From positions 15,008-79,007 of the forward strand of contig CAZJZG010000005.1 of NCBI GenBank assembly GCA_964550455.1: a stretch of DNA of 64,000 nucleotides, given 5' to 3'. Below the pieces are notes generated by a model. The model did no database searches, was not told the DNA's origin, and saw only the letters and a program-made list of their open reading frames with translations. Source of the stretch: an uncultured Bacteroidales bacterium. GTDB taxonomy: Bacteria; Bacteroidota; Bacteroidia; Bacteroidales; JAAYJT01. Made by a program: the position numbers and the translations under genes. The stretch's first letter is position 1. Every line of letters begins with the position of its first letter. This document shows positions 10,448 to 21,216 of the stretch, one piece after another.

Positions 10448-11038
10448 ATGGGAACCAAATCATTACCACAAAATTTTCAACAGGAAGTTCAGCGTACATT
10501 TGAAGTATTGAGCAATGGTGGAGTAATTCTTTACCCCACTGATACCATTTGGGGAATAGGTTGCGATGCCACGAATTTTGCTGCGGTTCAGAAAGTGTAT
10601 AAAATTAAAAAACGAGTAGAAAGTAAAAGCATGATCATTTTGCTTGATGATGTTGAGAAGCTTTCTACCTATGTGAAGAATATACCTGAAACAACTGCTG
10701 ACCTGATTAATTCAGTTGACACGCCTTTGACCGTAATTTACTCAAATGCACAAAGACTTGCAAGTAATGTTATTGCAATGGATAATACGGTGGCTATCAG
10801 AATCGTAAAAGAACCATTTTGCAAAGCATTGATAGGTTTATTCGGAAAACCTATAGTTTCGACCAGTGCCAATATAAGCAATGATCCAATAGCAATCACT
10901 TTTAAAGAAATTTCGGGTGAAATTGTCAATAATGTTGATTATGTGGCAGATCTGTATAAGGACAGGGTCAGACAGATAAAACCTTCAACAATAATAAGAT
11001 TGTATGAAAATGGGGAGTATGTGGTTGTAAGAAAATGA
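10448..11038 (+). CDS. tsaC: L-threonylcarbamoyladenylate synthase (YrdC/Sua5 domain)
   Basis: 196 aa. ILYPTDTIWGIGCDATN and VSTSANISN are typical of the YrdC fold. Confidence 0.8.
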   Translation: MGTKSLPQNFQQEVQRTFEVLSNGGVILYPTDTIWGIGCDATNFAAVQKVYKIKKRVESKSMIILLDDVEKLSTYVKNIPETTADLINSVDTPLTVIYSNAQRLASNVIAMDNTVAIRIVKEPFCKALIGLFGKPIVSTSANISNDPIAITFKEISGEIVNNVDYVADLYKDRVRQIKPSTIIRLYENGEYVVVRK

Positions 11039-11418
11039 ATCTGTTATTTATCTGTGATATAAACAGTCGGCTTTTAAAACCATATAAACCTAAATAAAAT
11101 TAATAACTTTGTCCCATTGAATGACAATAAGGTAGAGCATCGGATAATTCATGGGATTTTGTGATTGATCTTACGGTCTTTAAAATCAAATCTTTATGAG
11201 ATTCTTGCTTGAGTTTACTTTTAAGGGAAATGGATTTTTGTCATGTGAAGTCTGTGGCACAGGTTTTGATGGTAATTATTTATAAAAACAATAAAATCTG
11301 CTATGACTGCGTTTTATGCAACTGTATTATTGCCGGATTTAAAATCTCTTTAATGAATTAGCTTTATAATTTTTTAAATTAAACTCACATATTCTAATCA
11401 CTAAACTTTTATTTTATT

Positions 11419-12279
11419 ATGAGAAAATTGAATGTAATTTTATTTCTTGCTCTTTTAGTTGGAGCTATTTCATTTACCGGTTGTCAAGATGATGACCCTA
11501 TTATCGGAAAACCCACAATTGATTTCAAAGGCGGAACTGGATACACCTATGGTGATGTTACTCTGAAATCATATGAGAACTTGCTTGTCGGTTTTAATGC
11601 TGCTTATGATGATCAGACTGATAACTTTTTAACCAGATTTATCTTAAAGGTAGGTGATGATGTATTGGTTGACTCAATATTTAACGCCAAAACTTTTTCG
11701 GCTGATTATTTAATCAGTTTTGAAGCGGTTGGTGAAACCACTCTTACCGGTAAAATTACTGATGCCGGTGGCTTTACTGATCAGGTTTCATTTAATATAA
11801 CTATTGAAGAAGGTGGTGTAAAAGTTAGAAAAACCGAAGAGTTCGTCCTTGGTAGTGTAAACGATCTGGGAGCCGGAAGTTTCTATTCTGCAGTTGAGGA
11901 TGTTATTTATTTTGCTCATAATGTGGTTGATAATGCTGATAAGGTTGATTTTATTTTCTTTAAAGGACCTATAAATCAGAATGCTCTTGCTGCACCAGAC
12001 GATGCTGATGTTAAAACAGTATATCCTAGCATTAATGATTGGGCAGTTCACAATAAAACCCGTTTCTATCTGACTGAGATGACTGCACAGCAATTTGATG
12101 CTTTGGAAGATTACCATATTTTCACTGAATTTACCGGGACTACTTCAAAAGCCAATCATTTGAAAAATGGTGATGTGGTTTATTTTAAAACAGATTCCGG
12201 TAAACAGGGATATGTTAAGGTAATTGACCTTTTTGCCCGTGGCGATGTTGCAAAGCTGCAGGTAATTATCGAAGAATAA
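11419..12279 (+). CDS. hypothetical lipoprotein, probably surface exposed
   Basis: 286 aa. A signal peptide ends in the lipobox ISFTGC and is followed by QDDDP. An acidic run straight after the lipidated Cys resembles the Bacteroidetes lipoprotein export signal. No domain recognised. Confidence 0.6.
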   Translation: MRKLNVILFLALLVGAISFTGCQDDDPIIGKPTIDFKGGTGYTYGDVTLKSYENLLVGFNAAYDDQTDNFLTRFILKVGDDVLVDSIFNAKTFSADYLISFEAVGETTLTGKITDAGGFTDQVSFNITIEEGGVKVRKTEEFVLGSVNDLGAGSFYSAVEDVIYFAHNVVDNADKVDFIFFKGPINQNALAAPDDADVKTVYPSINDWAVHNKTRFYLTEMTAQQFDALEDYHIFTEFTGTTSKANHLKNGDVVYFKTDSGKQGYVKVIDLFARGDVAKLQVIIEE

Positions 12280-12305
12280 TAATTGAATTATAAATGTAGT
12301 ATTGG

Positions 12306-12336
12306 CCGCTTTCGGTAAATTCCGGAAGCGGTTTTT
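12306..12336 (+). terminator. rho-independent terminator after the lipoprotein gene
   Basis: CCGCTTTCGG - TAAATT - CCGGAAGCGG hairpin (one mismatch) followed by TTTTT. Confidence 0.6.
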
Positions 12337-12405
12337 CTATTTCTTGAAGCTCATATCATTTGATTGTATTGGCTTATATTTGCATTTATTAAATTTCATA
12401 CAACT

Positions 12406-12891
12406 ATGAAAAGATTATTTGTTTTTCGGCATGCAAGATCTTCAGGGAAAGCTGCCGGTTTACATGATCATGAACGTCCTTTAATACCGGCAGGAAATAC
12501 TCAGATAAAAGAATTAGGTAGTAAGTTGTTAAGCTTAAGTGTGAAACCCGATATTATATTGTGCAGTACGGCTCTTCGTGCACGCCAAACAGCTCAGTTG
12601 CTGGCTGAAAGCCTTGATATACCGGCAGATATTATAGAAACAGATTCAGAGTTGTACTTGATTGATAGTAGCGAATTAAAATTCAAAATTGCACAATTGC
12701 CTGATAATATTCATACTGTGTTTGTAATTGGACATAATCCTGCAATGACTAATTTTGTAAATTATTTCTTAAACTCAAATATTGATAATCTGCCAGCAGC
12801 AGGTTTAATAGGAATTGAGTTTGATACCGAAGATTGGCAACAGTATACTAAGGTCAGGTACAACGTTATTTTGACATGTTTCCCGTTTTAA
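12406..12891 (+). CDS. sixA: histidine phosphatase family protein (SixA-like phosphohistidine phosphatase)
   Basis: ORF 12364..12891. A TATATTTG -7 box at 12375-12382 lies inside the long ORF, so the ATG at 12406 (MKRLFVFRHARSS) is preferred. RHA and IGHNP catalytic His motifs are present. Confidence 0.75.
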   Translation: MKRLFVFRHARSSGKAAGLHDHERPLIPAGNTQIKELGSKLLSLSVKPDIILCSTALRARQTAQLLAESLDIPADIIETDSELYLIDSSELKFKIAQLPDNIHTVFVIGHNPAMTNFVNYFLNSNIDNLPAAGLIGIEFDTEDWQQYTKVRYNVILTCFPF

Positions 12892-12992
12892 ATAGGGATT
12901 TAATCTTTATAAAGCTTTAAATAGTTTAAAAGCAGAGGTTCACAGGAATCTTATACAAGTGTTTATGTATTAAAGACGGAGGAGATATTTTT

Positions 12993-13286
12993 TTATTTAT
13001 TGTGCTCTTCTTTTAATTCATGAGCCTCAGATAAACTTTTAACGTGTCTGCTAAATCTGATATATACATAGATGCCAATTCCCAGAAAAACAAAAGAACC
13101 CGGGATAAGAATTATGCCAAGCCAATGAAGAAATTCTCCGGCAGGAAGAAATTTTATCAGTGATACACCGCTCGCCAACAACATAAAAGAAGTACGGATA
13201 TAGGCAAGAAGAGTTCTTTGGTTAGCCATATGCGTCCGATCGGCAGCCCAGTAATCCTTGGTTGGGGTAGTATTTGTTTTTGCCAT
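12993..13286 (-). CDS. DUF202 (YidH-like) small membrane protein
   Basis: 97 aa. ANQRTLLAYIRTSFMLLASGVSL plus further TM helices fits the DUF202 pattern. Confidence 0.6.
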   Translation of the reverse strand: MAKTNTTPTKDYWAADRTHMANQRTLLAYIRTSFMLLASGVSLIKFLPAGEFLHWLGIILIPGSFVFLGIGIYVYIRFSRHVKSLSEAHELKEEHNK

Positions 13287-13326
13287 AATAATTATCTTAA
13301 AACATTATCGTTTCTCTGATTAAAAT

Positions 13327-14046
13327 TTATTCTATCTTTTTTACCTTTCCGGCACCCGAAATATTACTGTGAACCTTTGGGTTGCCTGCATAACGGATAT
13401 TTCCTGCCCCTGAAATACTTGCATCAAGCTCATTTATTACATTGACTTTTGCTGAACCGGCTCCGCTGATCTCTATATCCATATTATTTACAATTAATTC
13501 TTCAGCAAATAGTTTTGAAGCTCCGGAAAGTTTAATGATGGCTTTATCAATATTACCTTTCATAGAACCCTTGCCTGCTCCACTCACTTTTAATTCTAGT
13601 TTATCTCCATAAAGCTCCATATTCAGATTGGCTGCTCCGCTCACTCCGATTGAAAGATCATCAATGTCAAGGGGCGCCTCTCCTGTGATTTTAACAGCTC
13701 CGCTGGCTTCTATATTATTTAGTTCTTTAATGGTAATATATGCTTTTAAAGTAGTGCTTTTTAAATTATAACCTGTTGTCTCGAGGTATAAAGTGCCACC
13801 ACTGACATGACTTTTAATATATTTCATAAGGTTGTCGTCAGCTTCTATCATAAGGCTTTCGTTATCGCCCTGACTTAAGAATATTTTAAAAGAGCCTGAA
13901 ATATCAATGGCTTTGAAAGAATTAACATGGCGGCTTTCTTTCACTACTTTACCACTTCCTATTATTATTTCATCGCAGCTGCTAAATAGAATCAGGCTGC
14001 TGATAATCAGAAATAAATGGATAAATAACTGATGTTTTGTTTTCAT
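13327..14046 (-). CDS. DUF2807/GIN-domain putative adhesin-head lipoprotein
   Basis: 239 aa. It has a signal peptide with LFSSC, then GSGKVVKESRHVNSFKAIDISGSFKIFLSQGD. Periodic SGAG/SGAA-containing beta-solenoid-like repeats follow. Confidence 0.6.
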   Translation of the reverse strand: MKTKHQLFIHLFLIISSLILFSSCDEIIIGSGKVVKESRHVNSFKAIDISGSFKIFLSQGDNESLMIEADDNLMKYIKSHVSGGTLYLETTGYNLKSTTLKAYITIKELNNIEASGAVKITGEAPLDIDDLSIGVSGAANLNMELYGDKLELKVSGAGKGSMKGNIDKAIIKLSGASKLFAEELIVNNMDIEISGAGSAKVNVINELDASISGAGNIRYAGNPKVHSNISGAGKVKKIE

Positions 14047-14133
14047 GATAACCGGATTAAAAGTAATATTTAAATATTATGACGCAATATATAGGATAAA
14101 AGTTACATATGATTATAATAGTTTGATCCTCAG

Positions 14134-15039
14134 TTAAATTGATGTTTTTATAAGTTTCATGATATCGTTTATTTCATTCGGATGGAACCATTTATATTCA
14201 GTATCTTTTTTGAACCATGTGAGCTGCCTTTTAGCATAGCGCCGGGTATTGGTTTTGATATCTTCAATAGCTTGTGACAGTGAAACTTTTCCATCGAGAT
14301 ATTCAAAAATTTCTTTGTAACCCACTGTTTTTAATGCATTAAAATGACGGTAGGGGATAAGGCTTCTGACTTCATCTACCATGCCATCGGCAATCATTTT
14401 ATCGGTTCTCAGGGCAATTCTGTCAAAAAGTTCTTTGCGTTCACGATTCAGAACAATTTTAAGTATCCTGAAAGACCTTTCCTGCGGTTTTCCTAATCTG
14501 AGTTGTGAGAAAGTTTTTCCTGTTATAATACACACCTCTATTGCTCTTAACAAGCGATTGGGATTGTTTACGTCAACCTTGCTAAAATACTCGGGATCAA
14601 GCTTTTTTACCTGTTCCTGTAAATATTCTAAACCATATTTTTTATATTCCTGCTGTAATTTTATACGAAGTTCAGGATCGCGGTCTGGTAATTCGTCAAA
14701 ACCGTGGCAAACAGCATCAATATAAAGTCCGCTGCCACCTGTCATAATGGCAAATTGTTTTTTTTGAAACAGGTTCTCAAGACATGCAAGAGCATCAGCT
14801 TCAAATCGGGACACATCATAGGGCTCGGTAACAGAAAGAAACCGGATAAAATGATGAGGTACTGAAGCTAATTCTTCTGCTGTAGGGGCAGCAGTACCTA
14901 TTTGCATTTCCTTATAAAACTGACGGGAATCGCATGAAATGATCTCAGTTTCAAGCTGCTTTGCCAGTTGTGTTGAAACGGTTGTTTTGCCAACGGCTGT
15001 GGCTCCGGTAATTACAATAAGTAATTTTGGTTCAGTCAA
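14134..15039 (-). CDS. miaA: tRNA dimethylallyltransferase
   Basis: 301 aa. It has the P-loop ITGATAVGKT, QFYKEMQIGTAAP, and a C-terminal RRYAKRQLTWFK motif. Confidence 0.9.
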   Translation of the reverse strand: MTEPKLLIVITGATAVGKTTVSTQLAKQLETEIISCDSRQFYKEMQIGTAAPTAEELASVPHHFIRFLSVTEPYDVSRFEADALACLENLFQKKQFAIMTGGSGLYIDAVCHGFDELPDRDPELRIKLQQEYKKYGLEYLQEQVKKLDPEYFSKVDVNNPNRLLRAIEVCIITGKTFSQLRLGKPQERSFRILKIVLNRERKELFDRIALRTDKMIADGMVDEVRSLIPYRHFNALKTVGYKEIFEYLDGKVSLSQAIEDIKTNTRRYAKRQLTWFKKDTEYKWFHPNEINDIMKLIKTSI

Positions 15040-15125
15040 AGGAAAGATTTGATATGTTTAAAATGTTTTATTAATGAAGGATGTAGTCGAAAAGAAGATG
15101 TTTTGGATCAAATCTTTCAGCTTTT

Positions 15126-15701
15126 TTACCATTCAGGTTCATTTATCAAATCAAAATCTTCGTTTTCTACTTCAAATGTATCATCCAGAATATCATCTTC
15201 TGATGTAAGAAGGTCTTCTTTAAGATCATCAATAACAAAATTCCTGTGTGAAGGTGTTCTGACAAAATCACCAACCGAGCGAACTACCAGCGGATATGTT
15301 TTACCTTCTTCGCTTTTAATAATCTTTATCAGTTCGATATAAAAAACAAAAGAATTCAGAAAATCGTATTCATAAATAAGACGTTGGTGCGGATCGTCAA
15401 TAGCATCCTTTATTTTTACATCCTTCATGACAGAAACCGGAATATGGGTTTTCATGTCTTTTGAATCCTCATCATCAGTTTCTTCAATTTCATCGTGACG
15501 CATATCAATTAGAGTTAACTCCTTTAGTCTGATCCATCTGCTGTCGCAAATATAAAAAGAGGCTAATTCATCATTTTTTAGATTGAACATATCAATGAAA
15601 GCCTGATGAAAGTCCTGAAAGGTCTGATTAGCAAGGATATCAATGTCTCTTACAAAATTATCCTGATCTTCATTTAAGATTCTGAAACGATAGGCGTGCA
15701 T
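15126..15701 (-). CDS. hypothetical acidic protein
   Basis: 191 aa with a very acidic C-terminus. The N-terminal YRFRILNEDQDNFVRDIDILANQTFQDFHQAFIDMF loosely resembles the pRiA4b ORF-3-like fold pattern. That resemblance is weak. Confidence 0.45.
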   Translation of the reverse strand: MHAYRFRILNEDQDNFVRDIDILANQTFQDFHQAFIDMFNLKNDELASFYICDSRWIRLKELTLIDMRHDEIEETDDEDSKDMKTHIPVSVMKDVKIKDAIDDPHQRLIYEYDFLNSFVFYIELIKIIKSEEGKTYPLVVRSVGDFVRTPSHRNFVIDDLKEDLLTSEDDILDDTFEVENEDFDLINEPEW

Positions 15702-15738
15702 GGTTATTACAGGTTTAAAACGACTGCAAAGATAAATA

Positions 15739-17163
15739 TTATTTTATCGGTTTGAGCCCTAATTTTTCACCTTCTTTAATCATCATCTCAAAAGCCTCTT
15801 CAAAGTTGTTGCTAATAACCCCGTCAAGTATAGCTTCGCGGATTGCAGTTTTAATAATTCCTACTTCCCTGCAGGGGGGCAAACCAAAAGTATCCATTAT
15901 AACCTCTCCCGAAACCGGAGGCTGCCAATTCCTTATTTTATCAGCTTCTTCCACTAATTTTAATTTCTGGCGTACTAATGCAAAATTGTTTAAAAAGCGT
16001 CTTACCTTATTGGGGTTTTTTGAGGTGATATCGGCTTCACTAAGCAACATGAGGTCATCAATATCGTCTCCAGCTTCAAAAAGTAAACGTCTTACCGCTG
16101 AATCAGTAACCTGTTCTTCAGTCAGAGCAATTGGTCTTAGGTGCATTAAAACCATTTTCTGAACGTACTTCATTTTTTCATTCAATGGAAGCCGTAGTTT
16201 TTTGAATATACCGGGTATCATTTTACTACCTACATAGTCGTGACCATGAAATGTCCAGCCATTTTCATGTGTGAACCGTTTGGTGGCAGGTTTACCTATG
16301 TCGTGAAGAAGAGCAGCCCAGCGCAGCCACAGATTATCGCTTTTTTCAGCCAGATTGTCCAGTACCTGAAGAGTGTGATAAAAATTGTCTTTATGTCCGA
16401 TACCTTCCATAAATTCAGCACCTTTCAGCGCAAGTAACTGTGGTAGTATCAATTCAAGCAGCCCACTGCTTTCAAGAAGTTTGAATCCTTTTGAAGGTGT
16501 TTTTGCAAGTATGATTTTATTAAGCTCTTCTGTTATTCTTTCACTGGAAACTATCTCAATTCGCTTGCTGTTCTTTATTATTGATAGCCAGGTATTTTGC
16601 TCGATTTCAAAATCCAGTTGGGTAGCAAATCTTATTCCCCTTAGCATGCGCAATGGATCATCGGAGAAGGTTGTGTCAGGATTTAAAGGGGTGCGGAGAA
16701 TTTTATTTTCAATATCATTAATTCCGCCAAAAGGGTCAATCAGATTACCATAATCATCTGTTTGAAGACTGAGTGCCAGAGCATTGACAGTAAAATCCCT
16801 TCGGTTCTGATCCTCCTGCAGGGTGCCCGGCTCTACATCGGGTTTGCGTGAAGTAAATTTATATGACTCTTTACGTGCACCTACAAATTCAATATTATAT
16901 TGCTGATATTGCAGCATGGCGGTTTTAAAGTTCCTGAACACAGTGACTTTTACTCCCGGACCAATTTTCTTTGCAACTTTTTGTGCTAGTTCAATTTCGT
17001 TCCCGGTTGTAACAATATCAATATCGGTACAAGGACGCTGCATAATGAGATCACGAACAAATCCGCCAATAACATACGCAGGATTACCAATTTCCGTGGC
17101 AGTCCCTGTAATTATATCAAAAATCGGATGAGTTAAATCTTCAGCGTAATTATTTTTATTCAT
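15739..17163 (-). CDS. tRNA nucleotidyltransferase (CCA-adding)/poly(A) polymerase family protein with HD domain
   Basis: ORF 15739..17181; the ATG at 17163 gives MNKNNYAEDL. It has the head-domain motif GGFVRDLIMQRPCTDIDIV, RDFTVNALA, and the HD motif LLHDIGKP. Confidence 0.85.
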   Translation of the reverse strand: MNKNNYAEDLTHPIFDIITGTATEIGNPAYVIGGFVRDLIMQRPCTDIDIVTTGNEIELAQKVAKKIGPGVKVTVFRNFKTAMLQYQQYNIEFVGARKESYKFTSRKPDVEPGTLQEDQNRRDFTVNALALSLQTDDYGNLIDPFGGINDIENKILRTPLNPDTTFSDDPLRMLRGIRFATQLDFEIEQNTWLSIIKNSKRIEIVSSERITEELNKIILAKTPSKGFKLLESSGLLELILPQLLALKGAEFMEGIGHKDNFYHTLQVLDNLAEKSDNLWLRWAALLHDIGKPATKRFTHENGWTFHGHDYVGSKMIPGIFKKLRLPLNEKMKYVQKMVLMHLRPIALTEEQVTDSAVRRLLFEAGDDIDDLMLLSEADITSKNPNKVRRFLNNFALVRQKLKLVEEADKIRNWQPPVSGEVIMDTFGLPPCREVGIIKTAIREAILDGVISNNFEEAFEMMIKEGEKLGLKPIK

Positions 17164-17340
17164 GCGGCAAAAGTAAGCCAAAAATCGTTTTATCTGTTCT
17201 GTCTGAACCGAATGATCTATATTCTGCTAATTGGAAAAGCGTTTTAACTGATCTGATTTTCACCAGTTTACGCCTGAATTTATTTTATGTGTCAGCTATC
17301 AGACCAAATTGTTCGGACTATCAAAAAATGATAAATGGGA

Positions 17341-18846
17341 TTATTTTACCACTCTGAATGTTTTATTCCAGCGTATCTTGCCATCAAACAAGGTTCTGTT
17401 TTGATCTAACGAAAGCCATACGAACACAGCCTTGCCAACTATATGGTCGTTTGGCACAAAGCCCCAGAATCTTGAGTCGGCTGAATTATGACGGTTGTCG
17501 CCCATAAGCCAGTAATAGTCAAGTTTAATGGTATATGTATCAGTTTCTTCACCATTAATAAAGATCCGGTTGTTTTTGACTTCCAGTGTGTTAAGTTCAT
17601 ATGCCGTGATTATCCTATCGTAAAGACACAGATTATCGGTGGTGAGTTTTATTTTGTCACCGGCTTTGGGAATGTATAAAGGTCCGAAATTATCGAGATT
17701 CCACACATATTTTTCGTTAAACGGGAATATGAAATCCTGACGATGTTTTTCAGGATAAACAATATTTTTTACTTCCACCACTTCACTGTTAGTTTCCAGT
17801 TCTTTAGCTGAAGCCTGAGTAAGCGTAAGATGATACTCACCGGGAGCTGACATCATTACATCTTCGGTTATATCGAGTTTGCTGAGCAAGCGGTTGCTCA
17901 ATCTTGCGCCATTAGTTCTTACATAATATTTTGATTGGGCCAAAGGCGGTAGTTCCTGTTTCTTACTATTTATGAAAACTTCCTGATTGATTATCTGTAA
18001 TGTATCGCCTGGAATTGCAATACAGCGTTTGATGTAATTTTCTCGCTTGTCAACCGGACGGGCAACTATATCGCCAAAAGTCATTTTATCATTCCAGACC
18101 CTTTGTCGTCCGTAATCCCTGATAAGTGCGTAATAACTCTGGTTCTGAACCTTTAATGCAACAGTGTCGCCATCGGGATAATTAAAAACGACAGCATCTC
18201 CGTGTTTTACCTTCGATAATCCCGGGAAACGATAATAGGGCAGCTTGATCCATTCAAGATATGATTTTCTGGTTTTGGAAAGTGGCATTGTATGATGCAC
18301 AAAAGGAAATGCAATAGGGGTATTTGGTATTTTGGGACCGTAACTTATCTTCGAAACAAAAAGAAAATCGCCTACCAGCAATGATTTCTCCATTGATGAT
18401 GTTGGAATGGTATAGGCTTCAAACCAAAACATACGGATAATAGTGGCAGCAATAACGGCAAACAGAATTGCATCAACCCATTCGCGCAGCGCTGATTTCT
18501 TGTATACTGGTAATTTCGAAGGGTGGACATAGGTTTTATCTTTCATTCCCAGCCAGGGCAGTACAACAACCGGTAATATCACTGCTGCAGCCTGCTGATG
18601 TAAGCCACGCATATTGTACGATTTTAGCAGTTCAACTATCATTAGCATGACCATAAAAGCATTTATGAATGGTATGAGCAGAAAAATATACCACCACATT
18701 GGCTTATCAATGATTTTGAGCCAGTAGTAATAATTCAGGAAAGGAATTACAGAATAATATCCTTTGTAACCGGCTTTTTCAAAAGTGTTCCAAAGAAGAA
18801 CAGGGAAAAAGGTAAAAGTTAGGATCAGGATTATCAGTGTGTTCAT
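17341..18846 (-). CDS. lepB: signal peptidase I (long Bacteroidetes form)
   Basis: 501 aa. Motifs present are SSMEKSLLVGDFLFVSK (catalytic Ser), KRCIAIPGDT (Lys box) and GDNRHNSADSRFWGFV. Confidence 0.9.
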   Translation of the reverse strand: MNTLIILILTFTFFPVLLWNTFEKAGYKGYYSVIPFLNYYYWLKIIDKPMWWYIFLLIPFINAFMVMLMIVELLKSYNMRGLHQQAAAVILPVVVLPWLGMKDKTYVHPSKLPVYKKSALREWVDAILFAVIAATIIRMFWFEAYTIPTSSMEKSLLVGDFLFVSKISYGPKIPNTPIAFPFVHHTMPLSKTRKSYLEWIKLPYYRFPGLSKVKHGDAVVFNYPDGDTVALKVQNQSYYALIRDYGRQRVWNDKMTFGDIVARPVDKRENYIKRCIAIPGDTLQIINQEVFINSKKQELPPLAQSKYYVRTNGARLSNRLLSKLDITEDVMMSAPGEYHLTLTQASAKELETNSEVVEVKNIVYPEKHRQDFIFPFNEKYVWNLDNFGPLYIPKAGDKIKLTTDNLCLYDRIITAYELNTLEVKNNRIFINGEETDTYTIKLDYYWLMGDNRHNSADSRFWGFVPNDHIVGKAVFVWLSLDQNRTLFDGKIRWNKTFRVVK

Positions 18847-18875
18847 ATCAGTAATATTTTAATCGTATGGTAATG

Positions 18876-19604
18876 TTAATTTTTATCATTGATCTCCAAA
18901 AGGTCTTTCATGCTGAATATTCCTTTTTTGTCAATAAGCCACTCGCCTGCCATAAGCGCACCCATTGCAAATCCTCTCCGGCTTTTTGCGCTGTGAGAGA
19001 TCTCAATTTTATCAAACGACGATTCATAAACAACAGTATGTATTCCGGGAATGTTGCCTTCGCGGATTGATGTTATTCCAATCTGGTCCGGATCAGGATT
19101 TTCAGCTTTCGACCAGGCTTTTTTATGTTCAATCTCCTCAACTATATCATCGGCAAGCCGGATGGCAGTGCCGCTGGGAGAATCGGCTTTCATGCTGTGG
19201 TGCGTTTCTTCAATTGATATTTCATATCCCGAAAATGGTCTCATCAGTCGTGCCAGCTTTTTATTAATCTCAAAGAAAATATTAACGCCTATACTGAAAT
19301 TAGGAGCATAAAAAAATGACTGTCCTTCTGAAATACAAACTTGCCTGACTTCTTCGTACTGAGCCAGCCATCCTGTAGTACCGCAAACAACCGGCAGATT
19401 CACATCAAAACATTTTAAGATATTGGTTGCTGCATTTTGCGGAATACTGAATTCAAAGGCAACATCAGCATCAGTAAGGTTCTTGCCCTGCAATTCCCAA
19501 TCATTGGGATTGTCAATCATTGCAACTATCTGATGATTCTTTTCGCGGGCAACTATCTCGATTTCTTTACCCATTTTGCCATATCCAATGATCGCTATAT
19601 TCAT
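18876..19604 (-). CDS. dapB: 4-hydroxy-tetrahydrodipicolinate reductase
   Basis: 242 aa. It has a Rossmann N-terminus MNIAIIGYGKMGKEI and EETHHSMKADSPSGTA, the DapB active-site motif E-x-HH-x-K-x-D-x-PSGTA. Confidence 0.9.
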   Translation of the reverse strand: MNIAIIGYGKMGKEIEIVAREKNHQIVAMIDNPNDWELQGKNLTDADVAFEFSIPQNAATNILKCFDVNLPVVCGTTGWLAQYEEVRQVCISEGQSFFYAPNFSIGVNIFFEINKKLARLMRPFSGYEISIEETHHSMKADSPSGTAIRLADDIVEEIEHKKAWSKAENPDPDQIGITSIREGNIPGIHTVVYESSFDKIEISHSAKSRRGFAMGALMAGEWLIDKKGIFSMKDLLEINDKN

Positions 19605-19653
19605 GTTTTGTAAAATTTTTCTTTCAGATTATTCCAATTAATTAGTCTGTAAA

Positions 19654-20211
19654 TTAAAACTTAAAAGTAAGGCCCAAACCTGTAACATGCCTGTTGGCTA
19701 TAGGATCGCGGAGCATAATGGGTTCAATATTCAGACTTAAATTATCGCTGACATCATAATTAAATAAATGAGCGTCAACTGCTGCATCAATAATATTGAG
19801 AATATAAAAAGCACCACCAACAATATAGCCTATCTCCAGATTGCGCCGGTAGTGGTTTTTGCCAAGCATTAATTGTTGCTGGGAATAACGATGTACGTAT
19901 TCATTATTTATCGGAACCGTATCCTTGTTTGCTACATATTGGTAGGCTTCAAGAAATTTACGGTATTCCAGAGTGTTTGTGCGGGTTATATAATAAATGG
20001 TTCCGAAACCGGCATAAATGATCGGCATTTTCCAGTATTTTTTATTGTATGCCTGACCAAGTCCGGGTAAAACTGCTGAGTATATTGAAGCCTTTTTGGG
20101 AGAATGAGAATCCTTATCTATGGTGGTTGTTTCTATTGCTGTCTGAGCTTGCAAAGGGTTTGTGATGCCTGCGGTTATCAGTACAAGTATCAGTATCTTC
20201 AATGATGTCAT
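19654..20211 (-). CDS. DUF5683 domain protein
   Basis: ORF 19654..20316; the ATG at 20211 gives the signal peptide MTSLKILILVLITAGITNPLQA. SAVLPGLGQAYNKKYWKMPIIY and its position downstream of parB are typical for DUF5683. Confidence 0.65.
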   Translation of the reverse strand: MTSLKILILVLITAGITNPLQAQTAIETTTIDKDSHSPKKASIYSAVLPGLGQAYNKKYWKMPIIYAGFGTIYYITRTNTLEYRKFLEAYQYVANKDTVPINNEYVHRYSQQQLMLGKNHYRRNLEIGYIVGGAFYILNIIDAAVDAHLFNYDVSDNLSLNIEPIMLRDPIANRHVTGLGLTFKF

Positions 20212-20328
20212 GGATTTGCACAGAAAATAACAGGAATAAGTCTTCCTGATCTTTATTCCCGTAAAACCAGATGCCGGTATTATTTCATGCATCTTCAGGG
20301 ACAGGTTCTGGCACATAAAACAGATAGA

Positions 20329-21216
20329 TTATTTATTGAGTAATCCGGCTATTCGTTCTAATTCCTGTTCGTCATTAAATTCAATAACGATCTGACCTTT
20401 GCCCTTATTATTCATTTTTATCTTAACAGGTGTGCTAAGACTCTGTAAAAGAATGTTTTTAAGATTTATTAACTTTTCAGGCTGAACCTGTTTTGATGGT
20501 TTTACCGGAATTGATGTTTTATCCGATAGCTTTCTTACAATTTCTTCAACCTGCCGCACTGATAACCCTTCAGCAAGGATTTTATTAAGAATGTCAATTT
20601 GAGTTTGTGGCTCGCTGATATTTATCATTGCCCGCGCATGCCCCATACTTATCTTATTGTCGCGCAATGCAATCTGTATTTCTACAGGAAGTTTCAGCAA
20701 GCGAATATGGTTTGCAACATTGCTGCGGCTTTTCCCGACTCTGTCGCTGAGTTGTTCCTGGGTAAGTTTACACTCTTCAATCAGGCGCTGAAAACTTATT
20801 GCAACTGCCAATGGATTCAGATCCTGACGCTGGATATTTTCTACCAGTGCGAGTTCAAGCATTTGCTGATCGTTTGCCACCCTGATATATGCCGGAACTT
20901 TTTCAAGACCCGCCATAATGGCGGCGCGAAGCCTGCGTTCTCCGGTAATGAGCTGATAGCGGTCGTAGCCAAGTTTTCTTACTGTTACCGGCTGTATAAT
21001 CCCCTGTTCAGCAATACTGTCAGCAAGTTCTTTTAAAGCTTCTTCTTCAAATATGTCGCGAGGCTGAAATGGATTGGCATCAATACGTTCAATATTAATC
21101 TCGGCAATTGCACCGGCTACAAAATCGCCTGATATGTCCTTTGACGTTATATCAGTTTCAGGACTGGAAAGTATGGCGCTTAATCCACGCCCAAGGACAC
21201 GTTTTTTAGAATTCAT
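20329..21216 (-). CDS. parB: chromosome partitioning protein ParB
   Basis: Motifs LGRGLSAIL, IQPVTVRK, GERRLRAA and an HTH region. The start is either 21216 (MNSKKRVLGRGL, an 11-nt overlap with parA) or 21243. Confidence 0.9.
   Translation of the reverse strand: MNSKKRVLGRGLSAILSSPETDITSKDISGDFVAGAIAEINIERIDANPFQPRDIFEEEALKELADSIAEQGIIQPVTVRKLGYDRYQLITGERRLRAAIMAGLEKVPAYIRVANDQQMLELALVENIQRQDLNPLAVAISFQRLIEECKLTQEQLSDRVGKSRSNVANHIRLLKLPVEIQIALRDNKISMGHARAMINISEPQTQIDILNKILAEGLSVRQVEEIVRKLSDKTSIPVKPSKQVQPEKLINLKNILLQSLSTPVKIKMNNKGKGQIVIEFNDEQELERIAGLLNK

Noticed and set aside
11196-11285. 29-aa ORF MRFLLEFTFKGNGFLSCEVCGTGFDGNYL in the 380-bp gap before the lipoprotein gene
   Set aside because: It is too short and has no promoter box or conservation evidence that I can assess. 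The CxxC alone is not enough, so it is left unannotated.
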